64,000 nucleotides of DNA from an uncultured virus (IMG/VR IMGVR_UViG_2061766007_000286). Its lineage: Duplodnaviria > Heunggongvirae > Uroviricota > Caudoviricetes. Each line of letters begins with the position of its first letter. Positions within the stretch are counted from its first letter, which is position 1. The stretch lies in IMG/VR virus record IMGVR_UViG_2061766007_000286, one strand, 5' to 3'. The notes beneath the pieces are model-generated. The model was not told the DNA's origin and did no database searches. It saw only the letters and a program-made list of their open reading frames with translations. The translations under genes were made by a program, and so were the position numbers. Of this stretch, positions 37,191 to 47,791 are shown piece by piece.

Positions 37191-38364
37191 GTCTATAATA
37201 TAGTATTTTCCACGGCCGAAAGTAAAAGAAAACCCCCTAGCTGGTNNNNNNNNNNAGCATGCTTTTCCTTGTCCGTCCAATCAGACGCAGACAAGTCGCA
37301 ACGTTCTCCAGTGCAATATCCATCGTTTTGTAGTCAGCACGGCAGGCACTGGAACCAAAACCTCTTGCGGCATCTTGCAACCACCCATTTGCGTTTGCAA
37401 GACTTCTCTGCATATCCTTTCTAAAATCATGAATAGCACTCATCTTTCAGTTCTCCTTATTGANNNNNNNNNNCGATATTGTATGACATCTCAGTCCTCC
37501 TTCTTCTTTTTCATGTTGCGTTCATAAGCCNNNNNNNNNNNNNNNNNNNNNNNNNNNNNNNNNNNNNNNNNNNNNNNNNNNNNNNNNNNNNNNNNNNNNN
37601 NNNNNNNNNNNNNNNNNNNNNNNNNNNNNNNNNNNNNNNNNNNNNNNNNNNNNNNNNNNNNNNNNNNNNNNNNNNNNNNNNNNNNNNNNNNNNNNNNNNN
37701 NNNNNNNNNNNNNNNNNNNNNNNNNNNNNNNNNNNNNNNNNNNNNNNNNNNNNNNNNNNNNNNNNNNNNNNNNNNNNNNNNNNNNNNNNNNNNNNNNNNN
37801 NNNNNNNNNNNNNNNNNNNNNNNNNNNNNNNNNNNNNNNNNNNNNNNNNNNNNNNNNNNNNNNNNNNNNNNNNNNNNNNNNNNNNNNNNNNNNNNNNNNN
37901 NNNNNNNNNNNNNNNNNNNNNNNNNNNNNNNNNNNNNNNNNNNNNNNNNNNNNNNNNNNNNNNNNNNNNNNNNNNNNNNNNNNNNNNNNNNNNNNNNNNN
38001 NNNNNNNNNNNNNNNNNNNNNNNNNNNNNNNNNNNNNNNNNNNNNNNNNNNNNNNNNNNNNNNNNNNNNNNNNNNNNNNNNNNNNNNNNNNNNNNNNNNN
38101 NNNNNNNNNNNNNNNNNNNNNNNNNNNNNNNNNNNNNNNNNNNNNNNNNNNNNNNNNNNNNNNNNNNNNNNNNNNNNNNNNNNNNNNNNNNNNNNNNNNN
38201 NNNNNNNNNNNNNNNNNNGTTTGGCCTTTTGACAGTCTTTTGACAATGTTTTGATTGGTTTTTGTTGGTTTTCACATNNNNNNNNNNTCCACCCACTTGT
38301 TAAGGATCTCTTAAAAACTCTTTAAAACATCCCGTTATAAACAAATTCCAGGGAGGGATGCAAC

Positions 38365-38559
38365 ATGTGGGAACACTGCCTGGAGCCGGAGCAGCCGCAC
38401 ACGCTTATCGCCGGAAAAAACTACATCCTTATCGAGGACTCATATTGCTATCGCATAGTTACGGCCGACACCAGATCCCAGGTATTCGGCACGTACAACT
38501 ACGAAACGGCCAAAAAACGCTTCAACGAACTGGAATATCCAAACAAAAAGGAGCACTGA
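38365..38559 (+). CDS. small protein (paralogue of 15955-16155)
   Basis: TATAAAC at 38336-38342; GGGAGGG SD. Confidence 0.55.
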   Translation: MWEHCLEPEQPHTLIAGKNYILIEDSYCYRIVTADTRSQVFGTYNYETAKKRFNELEYPNKKEH

Positions 38560-38578
38560 CGCGCTCCTTTTCATTTTA

Positions 38579-39040
38579 TCATGGCTCCAATGCGTACGGG
38601 CTTAGAGGTTTCCCGCGGGATCGCATCTCCCTGGCATCCTCGCTATCGTCATCTTCCATGAAAATGACACCCATGCCCACATTATCACCGCCGGTTCTGT
38701 ACAGAATGCATTTCTTGTCGCAACCGACGACCTTTACGTACGTGCTGAACACGCCACTTGGAAGCTCTTCGCCCGCGACCGCCACACAGTCTTCCGTACC
38801 AAACATATCCTTCAGCTTTCCACCTAAAATTGCCCATCTCTCATAACCAATAAAAGCTTCATATTCCCTGACAGGCTTGAATACCAGCTTAACTTCGTTG
38901 TCCAGATATTTGGAACACTCTTCTTCTTCATCAAGTTCATCGTAAACAGCCTTTCTGATATCATTTATTTCCTCGGACAGCTCAAATGAAAGACCGATTT
39001 CCTCGAGCGCCTTCAGGAATTCTTCTTCGTTCTTCTTCAT
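38579..39040 (-). CDS. leader-family protein
   Basis: MKKNEEEFLKALEEIGLSFELSEEINDIRKAVY. Confidence 0.65.
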   Translation of the reverse strand: MKKNEEEFLKALEEIGLSFELSEEINDIRKAVYDELDEEEECSKYLDNEVKLVFKPVREYEAFIGYERWAILGGKLKDMFGTEDCVAVAGEELPSGVFSTYVKVVGCDKKCILYRTGGDNVGMGVIFMEDDDSEDAREMRSRGKPLSPYALEP

Positions 39041-39077
39041 ACGACATCTTTCTCCATGAAATTTGTCACACCACGTC

Positions 39078-39512
39078 TTAGAGATCCTTTACTTTGTTTC
39101 CAAATTTCCTTTCAGCGTCCTCGACAGCGTTTTCATCGGAGTCCATCACGATAAGTCCTCTCATTCTAGCAAACGCCGGCAACTGCAAATACGAACCACC
39201 CGCATTCCATTTGTAAAGCGTGCACGGTTCATCGCAACCTCTGACACGAACCGGTCCCTTGAATGCTCCGCTCGGTATCGCATCATAGCCATCAAGGCAG
39301 AAGCAAAGGTCGGTTCCAAACATTTCCTGCAGTTCCCCGTGGAAATAGATACCATTAGTGAGTCCATTGCCATCCTCAGCCTTGAACTCCAGCATATTGT
39401 CACCTTCAGACTCGAAAACAGCCTTTCTAATGTCATTGATGCTCTCGCATAGCGAACTGGAGAGACCAGTTTCCACCAGAGCCTTGATGAATTCTTCTTC
39501 GTTCTTCTTCAT
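39078..39512 (-). CDS. leader-family protein, paralogue of 38579-39040
   Basis: MKKNEEEFIKALVETGLSSSLCESINDIRKAVFES; TATAAAC at 39553-39559. Confidence 0.65.
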   Translation of the reverse strand: MKKNEEEFIKALVETGLSSSLCESINDIRKAVFESEGDNMLEFKAEDGNGLTNGIYFHGELQEMFGTDLCFCLDGYDAIPSGAFKGPVRVRGCDEPCTLYKWNAGGSYLQLPAFARMRGLIVMDSDENAVEDAERKFGNKVKDL

Positions 39513-39735
39513 ATGACACCTTTCCCCCATGGATTTTGGCGCACCACATATAGTTTATACTCCTTATCCAGAGAAAGAACCTATATTATATGTGTTCCAC
39601 TCCTCAAGGAGAACCAATTCCATGACTCTGGACCTGTTCTCGTTCTTCATCGGGCTCGTAGTCGGCACGACAGGCTCATTGGTAGGCGCCCTTCTGGCCA
39701 TTCATGCCATTGACAATTCCGAATCGGGCAAGTGA

Positions 39736-40860
39736 TCGGGGTTTTGCGAAGAGTTTGCTATGGTTTTGCGAATGTTTCGCCAACTATTTCGCCGGCAGGC
39801 GAATGTTTTGGCAAGGATTCCGCGAGATTTCGCGAGACTTCGCGACTGTTTGCCCGGTCATTTGGCCGTTTGACAGTCTTTTGACAATGTTTTGATTGGT
39901 TTTTGTTGGTTTTCACATCAATTTTCCTGCTTGTGGGCCGGTTGGTGGTGAGTTTTGGGGAGTTTATGATGATTTTCGCGAGACTTCCGCCATATGGCGG
40001 CAAAGTTTTGCGAAAAAATATCATTTTTCGTGTGGAGAAGTGGGAGACTTGGTGGATTTTGGGTAGATTTTGCAGAGTTTTTCATAGGTTTCGCCGGTTG
40101 GCGATGCTGTTTTGATAGTTTTATGCTGATTTTTCCCTAGAAGAGTGGTGCTGTAGGGAGGTTTGATGGTGGTTTTCGGTGGTTTATGATGGTTTTTGGT
40201 GGGGAGGAGCGGGGATGGTGATGGTTTTTCTGGTGGTTTTGGTTATTTTTCTGTAGGTGTTGATGATTTTGTTGATGATTTTTGATGATTTGCGCTAGTT
40301 TTTCCCTAGTTTACCCCCGTTTTGGGGGAAGTGGGAGGGAAAATATGGCGAAAGTGTTTCATTTTAGATCACTACCTGGGAGTTTAGCTCAAAAAGCTCA
40401 AAAACCTGGATTTTTCGCCCCCGGGGGTCATCCGAATTTCTAGTTAGGGAATTTTTAGAAAAAATGTATATCTTATTTAACCTTATCGTGTCGCCTATCA
40501 TAATCTCTGAAAAAATCGCGTATCAAAAACCTGCGAAAATAGCCTATTTTCGACCATTTTTTAGTACCCCATTTTGCCCCAAAACGATATACCTGCTCCC
40601 CACAACACACCACCGGCCGGGTATATATGCTCATCGCGGGCGGTTATCTCTCCATCCAGGTCCCAGTGTCCCCATAATCTCTCATCTAGAGTCTCGCAAN
40701 NNNNNNNNNCCCATCCAGATGTCCATGCCCCTATAATCTCTCATCTAGAGTCTCGCAACAAGTTCGCGACAAGTTCGCAAACAACTTCCGCGGCTGCGGT
40801 AAACTGGCGAAGAACTGGCGAAGGGGTTGCAAAGAACTTGCGAAGAGTAAAAGACTAAGG
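39736..40860. repeat. non-coding strand-skewed region with ~11-bp phased degenerate repeats
   Basis: GGTTTTGCGAA-GAGTTTGCTAT-GGTTTTGCGAA...; AAACTGGCGAA-GAACTGGCGAA-GGGGTTGCAAA-GAACTTGCGAA; G+T-rich then A+C-rich. Confidence 0.55.
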
Positions 40861-41036
40861 AAGAACCATACCTAACGCCTCCCTATAATACTATAAAAGG
40901 AACCATGGTTATATTACCATAGTCCCCTATTATTCTGTATGGACCTGCTTCTTATTATTGGTCTTTCAGGCAGCTGACATATACCATCAGTCTTGTTCCA
41001 TATAAACTTTATGCGACACAGTTCTCGGTATGTACA

Positions 41037-42197
41037 ATGTCCAGATTCAGCAAGTGTGAAATTGAGTTTCTCGGGTCTCTTAGAAAAGTCGGTCTTTCCA
41101 GATCTCTTTGCGAAAGCGTGAATGAAATTAGAAGGGCTCTCTTTGAATCTGAGACAGGTTCCGGCAGGGCGAAGATTAAGCGTGTTCTGTTCAAAAATCT
41201 GTTTGGTGTTGCCCATGTTCTTTGGACTTTCCCATGCTCCCCTATTACAATCATAACAGGTCTCAATGGATCCGGGAAGACCACGCTCATCAATTTCATC
41301 GGCTACTTCCTTAGCGGAGCTCCTGAATTCAGAGCAAAGGTATCACGGACAAAGTTTGACCGCGTCACGTTCAAGACCGAGGACGGGGATTTCGCATTTA
41401 CCAAGGACGATCTGGACGAAATGGCCGGAAAGGGAAATTCCACCGTGAAAATCGTTTCAGTGAAAGACGATTCCGACAATCTGGATGGCATATTCAACAC
41501 ATCCGGCGAGTTGGAGTCGGTAGCCAACGCTTCCGGCGCCGACATCGACACTTTCATTAAAATCCTCAATAGGTATGGGAAACACTCGTTCGTTCCGAAA
41601 ACATATTCGATCGAGGACGGGAGGGTTGTCATCCACAGCGATTCTGGGGACCTTGGCATAGACGATCTCTCCGATGGAGAACGAGCGGTGGTGTCTATGT
41701 GGTATGACATACTTTTTTCTCCGGTGGACGTTCTGCTCGTCGAAGAACCGGAAAGAACTCTGCACATTGTTCTGCAGCATAATTTCATAGACGACTTGAA
41801 AAGAGTATGCGACAGTACCGGGAAGCGGGCGATTGTCGTCACCCATTCCCCGCACATCGTTCTCGACAATGATGACATGTTGCCCGAATCGAGAAGCATT
41901 GCCGGTTCGTCATACGACTTGGATGCCGAGGACGAAAGCTACAGGAAAAAGTTAAAGGAATGCAGTGGAGACAATTACGCCATGGAGGAGTCTGAGTGGG
42001 AGTGGAAAAACGGGATACTTGATGACTTCAAAGAGATCGGCAAATTCGACTACGAAAAGCACGATGCGATCATGAATAAATGGGAAGAGAAGCATTTTGG
42101 TCATGACTTCAATTTCCGCATATTTGAAATGGAGAATCCCGGGTTCATTGAAAAATGGGACAAGGAACACAAGACCGGGGACGAGAACGAGTCCTAA
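41037..42197 (+). CDS. ABC-type (AAA_15/AAA_21-like) ATPase with N-terminal leader
   Basis: Walker A GLNGSGKT, signature LSDGE, Walker B LLVEEPE..LH, H-loop VTHSP. Confidence 0.85.
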   Translation: MSRFSKCEIEFLGSLRKVGLSRSLCESVNEIRRALFESETGSGRAKIKRVLFKNLFGVAHVLWTFPCSPITIITGLNGSGKTTLINFIGYFLSGAPEFRAKVSRTKFDRVTFKTEDGDFAFTKDDLDEMAGKGNSTVKIVSVKDDSDNLDGIFNTSGELESVANASGADIDTFIKILNRYGKHSFVPKTYSIEDGRVVIHSDSGDLGIDDLSDGERAVVSMWYDILFSPVDVLLVEEPERTLHIVLQHNFIDDLKRVCDSTGKRAIVVTHSPHIVLDNDDMLPESRSIAGSSYDLDAEDESYRKKLKECSGDNYAMEESEWEWKNGILDDFKEIGKFDYEKHDAIMNKWEEKHFGHDFNFRIFEMENPGFIEKWDKEHKTGDENES

Positions 42198-42814
42198 AAC
42201 AACGAGGCCGCCATAGTCTTTGAAAGAACTCCGAACATTGGCATCGGAGCGGAGACTTCATATATGGCTGATCCATGGTCCGAGTCGCATATCTTTTCCA
42301 TCCCCAGCAGTCTGCAGAACTTCTCCCCGCTCGGGCTTACCGCGTCAGCCAACATCTTCTGAATGAAGATTCCATTCTCTGACAATTCCACGAACTTGGT
42401 CGTGATTGCATCCATCAAGCGTTTGAAGACTTTGATTCCCCTGTATTCCGGGTGGATTACTATGGAGGAGAAGTATATCAGGTTTGGGCTTTTTGAGTCG
42501 TATGTCGAAATCATTTCAGGTGTTGTTCCGGTGTCGATGAATTTCCCGGAGCGGATCACGTAGTATTGCTCTCTCTTAAGAGGCATTATGTTGGCGTATG
42601 CGATTATGCGTCCGGTCTGCGAGTCGCGGAGCATTACGTATATGTCCGGGTTCTTTTTCGCCCATTTCAAGCAGTCGTCCACGTTTCCGCGGTATTGTTC
42701 CGGATACGAAAGCTTGTCGAGAAGGACGGCCTCTTCTATGTCTTTTGCGCTTACGTTCTTTCCTGATACGACCTGGAGCATGGAATCAACATAGGATTTT
42801 GTATTTATGATCAA
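42194..42814 (-). CDS. GNAT-family acetyltransferase
   Basis: IYFSSIVIHPEYRGIKVFKRL and GEKFCRLLGM motifs. Confidence 0.7.
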   Translation of the reverse strand: MIINTKSYVDSMLQVVSGKNVSAKDIEEAVLLDKLSYPEQYRGNVDDCLKWAKKNPDIYVMLRDSQTGRIIAYANIMPLKREQYYVIRSGKFIDTGTTPEMISTYDSKSPNLIYFSSIVIHPEYRGIKVFKRLMDAITTKFVELSENGIFIQKMLADAVSPSGEKFCRLLGMEKICDSDHGSAIYEVSAPMPMFGVLSKTMAASLF

Positions 42815-43115
42815 AGACGGATTTATCCGGCTCCCAGTTTGAAATGATCTCCTCTATGGTGCGAGCTTCTTTCTGGAAGTTCTCGCAATTCCACAGACCT
42901 GTCCTCGGATCGGGACCGGCCGCGCAGTAGTGNNNNNNNNNNTCCATCCCAGTGTCCATGCCCCTATAATCTCTCATCTAGAGTCTCGCAAAAGGGTTCG
43001 CGACAAGTTCGCAAACAACTTCCGCGGCTGCGGTAAACTGGCGAAGAACTTGCGAAGAACTGGCGAAGGGGCTGTGAAGAACTGGCAAAGAGGAAAAGAC
43101 TACAAAACCATTTAC

Positions 43116-43901
43116 CTATGGCGCATGTGTTTTCAGATAATCAAGATAGTCTTCACATGATTCCGGGAATCCAAGGACCCGTCTGGTATACTTATTTCCC
43201 CAAGCTCTAAGATACATGTCCAAACCGGAACGAGGATACTTTCTTAAGAACTCCACATCGACGCAAAGCCCGGAATCATGGAATTCCCGTTTTCCAATAC
43301 AAGGCTCGATCGCCATGTTGATCTCTACCATGCTTACACTATGCCCATTTACGACAAATGAGTCTTTTGATTTCTTCAAAAATTTTCTCTTTTCGTTTCC
43401 AAAAAATCCGGATCCGATGATCCTCAGTGTATCTATTGCGACCGTATCCTTTGTGTAGAATATGAACTCGGCTTCTTTTACCCCTCCAGTTATTTTCCAC
43501 GCACCATTTCTAAAATCAACAAAAAGTCGAGTAGGCGGAATGTTCGAGTTCCGTACCGGAGCACCGTCCCAAGTGGAATCCACCCATTCAACGAATTCAT
43601 ATGCCAAACTGTCTGCGCAGTCTGAAAATGTACTTTTGGACTTGTCGGTATATGGATCTGCAATACGAAAGGCAGTAAACCAATTATCGCCTTTAATTCC
43701 AGGGGTTCCCTTTCTTGAATTGTAACTATGGATCCACCAATCGTTCGGGAAGACCCAAGTCGATCCATGTTCCCCCACATCGAGATAGAATAATACATGA
43801 CTGTCAGAGGCGTACCAGGGTCGCAATCCGGAGGACATAACAACTTCATTTCCCATAACCGAGACAGCTGTTGCAAATAAAATAACAAATAGTTTTCGCA
43901 T
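43116..43901 (-). CDS. secreted hypothetical protein
   Basis: signal-peptide-like MRKLFVILFATAVSVMG; AAAGGAG SD. Confidence 0.55.
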   Translation of the reverse strand: MRKLFVILFATAVSVMGNEVVMSSGLRPWYASDSHVLFYLDVGEHGSTWVFPNDWWIHSYNSRKGTPGIKGDNWFTAFRIADPYTDKSKSTFSDCADSLAYEFVEWVDSTWDGAPVRNSNIPPTRLFVDFRNGAWKITGGVKEAEFIFYTKDTVAIDTLRIIGSGFFGNEKRKFLKKSKDSFVVNGHSVSMVEINMAIEPCIGKREFHDSGLCVDVEFLRKYPRSGLDMYLRAWGNKYTRRVLGFPESCEDYLDYLKTHAP

Positions 43902-43924
43902 TCGTGTGCTCCTTTCTGTTAAAA

Positions 43925-46125
43925 TCACCTTGTTTGGATTTTAGTTTCTTTAGGGTCCAAGACGGATTTATCCGGTTCCCAGTTTGAAATGATCTCCTCT
44001 ATGGTGCGCGCTTCTTTCTGGAAGTTTTCGCAATTCCACAGACCTGTCCTCGGATCGGGACCGGCCGCGCAGTAGTGCTCCTTCAAGTCCTCTACGGTTT
44101 CGAATTGGGTTCCGATTGAAAAAGCAGTTTCATCAAGGCATGACACCTCTCCGTAACGTTCCGCCCTTTGAATAAGGGAGTTTAATTGCCATTCTCCGCA
44201 GAACTGCTTTTCGTATAGATTCTGTCTGCACAAAGACCACGAGGAATATGTCATCTGTTCGTTCAGTTTGGTTTTATCCAATGAGATCTTACATGTATCA
44301 TTGGAACGTGTTACGATTGCTAACATGATCGGGGTATTNNNNNNNNNNATTGTCAGCCAGTTTCAGGTCGTCGAACCTCTTTTTGATGCACGATTTCGCC
44401 ATGTCCATCAAGGACATGACATTGTTGTGTAGGATACAACGCACGTCTTCTGAACTAAGAACTGTCTTGTTTTCCGTCATATTCGATACATCCTAAGGTG
44501 TGTTTTAGTTTCTTTAGTTTTCTTNNNNNNNNNNATTCCATAAGAGTACGCGTTGAAATCTCCCCGGACGAAGTGCCAGTCCTTGAAATATAACCCCTTG
44601 TCATCCAGTTCCAGGTCGTCGAACCTCTTTTTAATGAGCGATTTCGCCATGTCCATCAAGGACATGACATTGTTGTGTAGGATACAACGCACGTCTTCTG
44701 TGCTAAGAACCGTCTTGTTTTTCGTCATATTCGATACATCCTAAGGTGTGTTTTAGTTTCTTTAGTTTTCTTAATAGGTTACCGGCAATTTACTGACATC
44801 GACCGGCTCCCAATGCGAGATCAACCACTCTATCTTATGGGCCTCTTTCTGGAAGTTACCGCAGTGCCATACACCGGAATGTTCCTCCGGTCCGGCCGAG
44901 CAGTAGTTCTCTTTCAGTTCTCTTATGCTTTCGAATTCGATTCCAGTGATGGAAGCAACGCATTTCGAGTCGTTCGATATAATTCCATAGCGTTCAGCCT
45001 CATGCAGCAGGATGTTGAGAATCCTATCACTGCAAAAACTCTTTTTATGCAGAAGCTTCACGATTGGTTTCTGGTCCTCGTCGCTCAATATTGTTCCATG
45101 CAATGTGATCATCCACGTCTCTCTAAGACGTGCTGCGTTTACGCTCAAGAGCGGCCAGTGGGTCTTCAAGAGCGGCCAGTGGGTCTGTTTCTTGTCCGGC
45201 GATTTGATGGTTATCCCGATGTCAGTTTCCGCGGCATATTCTTCGATCCGGCACCCTTTGTCATCCAGTCCAAGGTCGTTGAACTTCTTTTTGACACACG
45301 ACTTAGCCATGTCCATCAGAGCCCGGACATTGTAATTGAATATCCACCATGCTTCGGGGGNNNNNNNNNNCCATGCACGGAGAAGGAAATTGAGCATATT
45401 TATCGATGTGATAGATCCTGAAAACCCAGAGACCCGGGTTGCTGCATGNNNNNNNNNNTTCGACACCGACGCGAATATCCTTGACATTTCGTTTAAAAAC
45501 TTGACATAATGCCACTCGCCGCTGAATCTGTTCGGTCCGGCAAAGCAAATGTCGTCCATTTTGAGGCGCAGTCCGGCACTAACGCAGAGAGATCCAAACA
45601 TCTGGTCGATGTTGGTTGTTTCGCTGCAGAAGTACTTTTCGTACGTCTGCATTATGGACGGAGAAGGAAATTGAGCATGTTTATCGATGTGATAGATCCT
45701 GAAAACCCAGAGACCCGGGTTGCTGCATGNNNNNNNNNNTGTGACGTGACCACAGCCATCTACAAGCCCGAGCTCGTCCATCTTGGCTTTTATGCGAGAT
45801 TTCGTCATGTCCAACAGAGACCGGACATTGTAGTCGAGGATCGTACGTTCTTCACAGTTGCTGAGCTTGGTCTTTTCCATTGTACTGTCNNNNNNNNNNC
45901 CGGTTTCGCGAGCACTTTGAAAAACAAATCGTGGGAGTGTTTCCCGATGACTTGAACAGTCATCTCGTTGTCGTATTCCGTCACCGTGACGTGACCACAG
46001 CCATCTACAAGCCCGAGCTCGTCCATTCTGGCTTTTATGCGAGATTTCGTCATGTCCAACAGAGACTGGACATTGTAGTCGAGTATCGTACGTTCTTCAC
46101 AGTTGCTGAGCTTGGTCTTTTCCAT
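43925..46125 (-). CDS. tandem paralogous family (several fragmented copies or alleles)
   Basis: recurring NVxSLxDMxKSxIK start motif and CxAGPx..SGxWH/GLWN end motif across N gaps. Confidence 0.5.
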
Positions 46126-46353
46126 TGTACTGTCTCATTGCGATTGCTGGTCGTCTGCGTATAATATAGTATAAAACTGGACGGCGCGACAAGCTGGAAT
46201 GGAATATCTCAAAAAACTAAAACAGATTCAGTTCAGTTTTGCCAGGTATCCATTATATTTTCTTCAATGGATGCCGAAGATCACGACCTCGCGTTGTCAA
46301 AAATACTATATTACCACCATGAGGCATACTGTCAGCACTAAAGGAGAAAACTA

Positions 46354-47007
46354 ATGGGGTTCTTGGGAAGACATCCAGTACCGCGCATCCCGTCCAACAT
46401 AGACCTCCCAGGGGTGACATTCGTTGACGGAGATCATATCGAGTTCACGGAAGAATACCTGGACAAGTGCATGGAATCTTCCACGCGACTTCTCACGAAG
46501 GATATGAAAGAAGCATTCGATGGTAAAGGCGTTCCTGTCGGGCATATTCTCATTTCGGCGACTCTGAACGGAGATGAAAGGTATCATTCCCTGTGGATCC
46601 TGTTCAAGGCCATCCATGACCTGAGGCTGGATTTCAACATCGTGAAAGATGGTAACAACATCTATGTGCAGGTGGAGCGCATCGGCAGGAACAAGTTCTT
46701 CCCGATGGACAACAAGCGAAGGATCGGGAAGATCAATCCAGACAAACCGGACAAGGTGTACAACTATGTGCCAGATAAGGTAATAAAGTATATCCCGCAC
46801 CATGACTATACCGGGAAAGAGGTTCCACGTGCGATGGAGTATGACCTGACAGAGAACAAACTGAAAATCTACACTGGGATCGTCGGGAGAGCTGCATCCG
46901 AATACAAACTAATCATTGTAGACGTTGGGGTCTGGGTATCCGAGCCGGAGATGAAGGCGACGATCGAGGCCGTGACGGGACTCAATTCCCCGTCATGGAT
47001 GAGGTAG
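46354..47007 (+). CDS. hypothetical protein
   Basis: promoter 46300-46313; AAAGGAG SD. Confidence 0.6.
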   Translation: MGFLGRHPVPRIPSNIDLPGVTFVDGDHIEFTEEYLDKCMESSTRLLTKDMKEAFDGKGVPVGHILISATLNGDERYHSLWILFKAIHDLRLDFNIVKDGNNIYVQVERIGRNKFFPMDNKRRIGKINPDKPDKVYNYVPDKVIKYIPHHDYTGKEVPRAMEYDLTENKLKIYTGIVGRAASEYKLIIVDVGVWVSEPEMKATIEAVTGLNSPSWMR

Positions 47008-47088
47008 GTTTTAGTATTTTTAGGCTGGTTTAATTATTTTTGATTGGGTGCTTTCAAAAATACTATATTATACGTAGAGGATACAAAC

Positions 47089-47772
47089 ATGAATACCGAA
47101 ACTAACATCGATAATACCGAACCTAGCGTCAAGTGGCTGGTAAATTATTTTTCCGGCAAACACAAGTCCATTCTCGTGGAGAATGCCAGTGCTCCTTCCG
47201 CAGTATGTGTTGACCTGGTATTGTCCGGTGCCGACCTAGACCAGGTCAGAACCGTATTGGCCGCGTTCGGAGAGACCGAAATGCCGGCGAGGATCTCCAA
47301 GTATATGGGGAACTCGTACATCACGTTCGGCCTGAACATCGGCGGCCGCCTCGATGTAGAAACAGACAGTACACGAGCCAGCGACATCGAGTACGTCATC
47401 GACAACGATCGTTACGACTGGAAGAATTCCATCACCATCGGCGAGAATGGAGTAACTCCAAAGGATGCGCTTGAGAATTCTCTTGTAAGCGGCGCCGTGT
47501 TCGATATGTCGGAGGGTATCCTGTACATCGTCGGCACGAACTATACAAAGACATGCAAGGGGTTCCCTCTCCTAGGGCAGATCAACTACAGCAGCATGTA
47601 CGTCAAGTACGCCGTCAAGGAAGACGGATCGGATTTCGAATGCCTGAAGGAGATCTTCTCAAACTTCAGCAGAAAGATCCCGTTGGTCTATTTTCCGCAG
47701 GCCAAATGCGAGGACATCATTCCACAGGCCAAGTGCGACGACAGCACGGAGATAACGGCACACAGTAGATGA
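47089..47772 (+). CDS. hypothetical protein
   Basis: promoter 47057-47070; GAGGA SD. Confidence 0.6.
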   Translation: MNTETNIDNTEPSVKWLVNYFSGKHKSILVENASAPSAVCVDLVLSGADLDQVRTVLAAFGETEMPARISKYMGNSYITFGLNIGGRLDVETDSTRASDIEYVIDNDRYDWKNSITIGENGVTPKDALENSLVSGAVFDMSEGILYIVGTNYTKTCKGFPLLGQINYSSMYVKYAVKEDGSDFECLKEIFSNFSRKIPLVYFPQAKCEDIIPQAKCDDSTEITAHSR

Positions 47773-47791
47773 TTCTTGTGCCATTTTACGC

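Noticed and set aside
36894..37245. CRISPR mini-array interpretation of the repeated units
   Set aside because: The repeats are a promoter and an intrinsic terminator, the intervening sequences resemble each other, and there is no cas operon in the window
14117..46125. Many near-identical short direct duplications (e.g. 14117/14710, 18900-19480, 25460/25720, 30000/30300, 34140/34320, 45380/45660)
   Set aside because: Each flanks a 10-N gap and differs by scattered SNPs: strain-bubble assembly artefacts rather than tandem repeats or DGR template/variable pairs; no reverse transcriptase is present in the window
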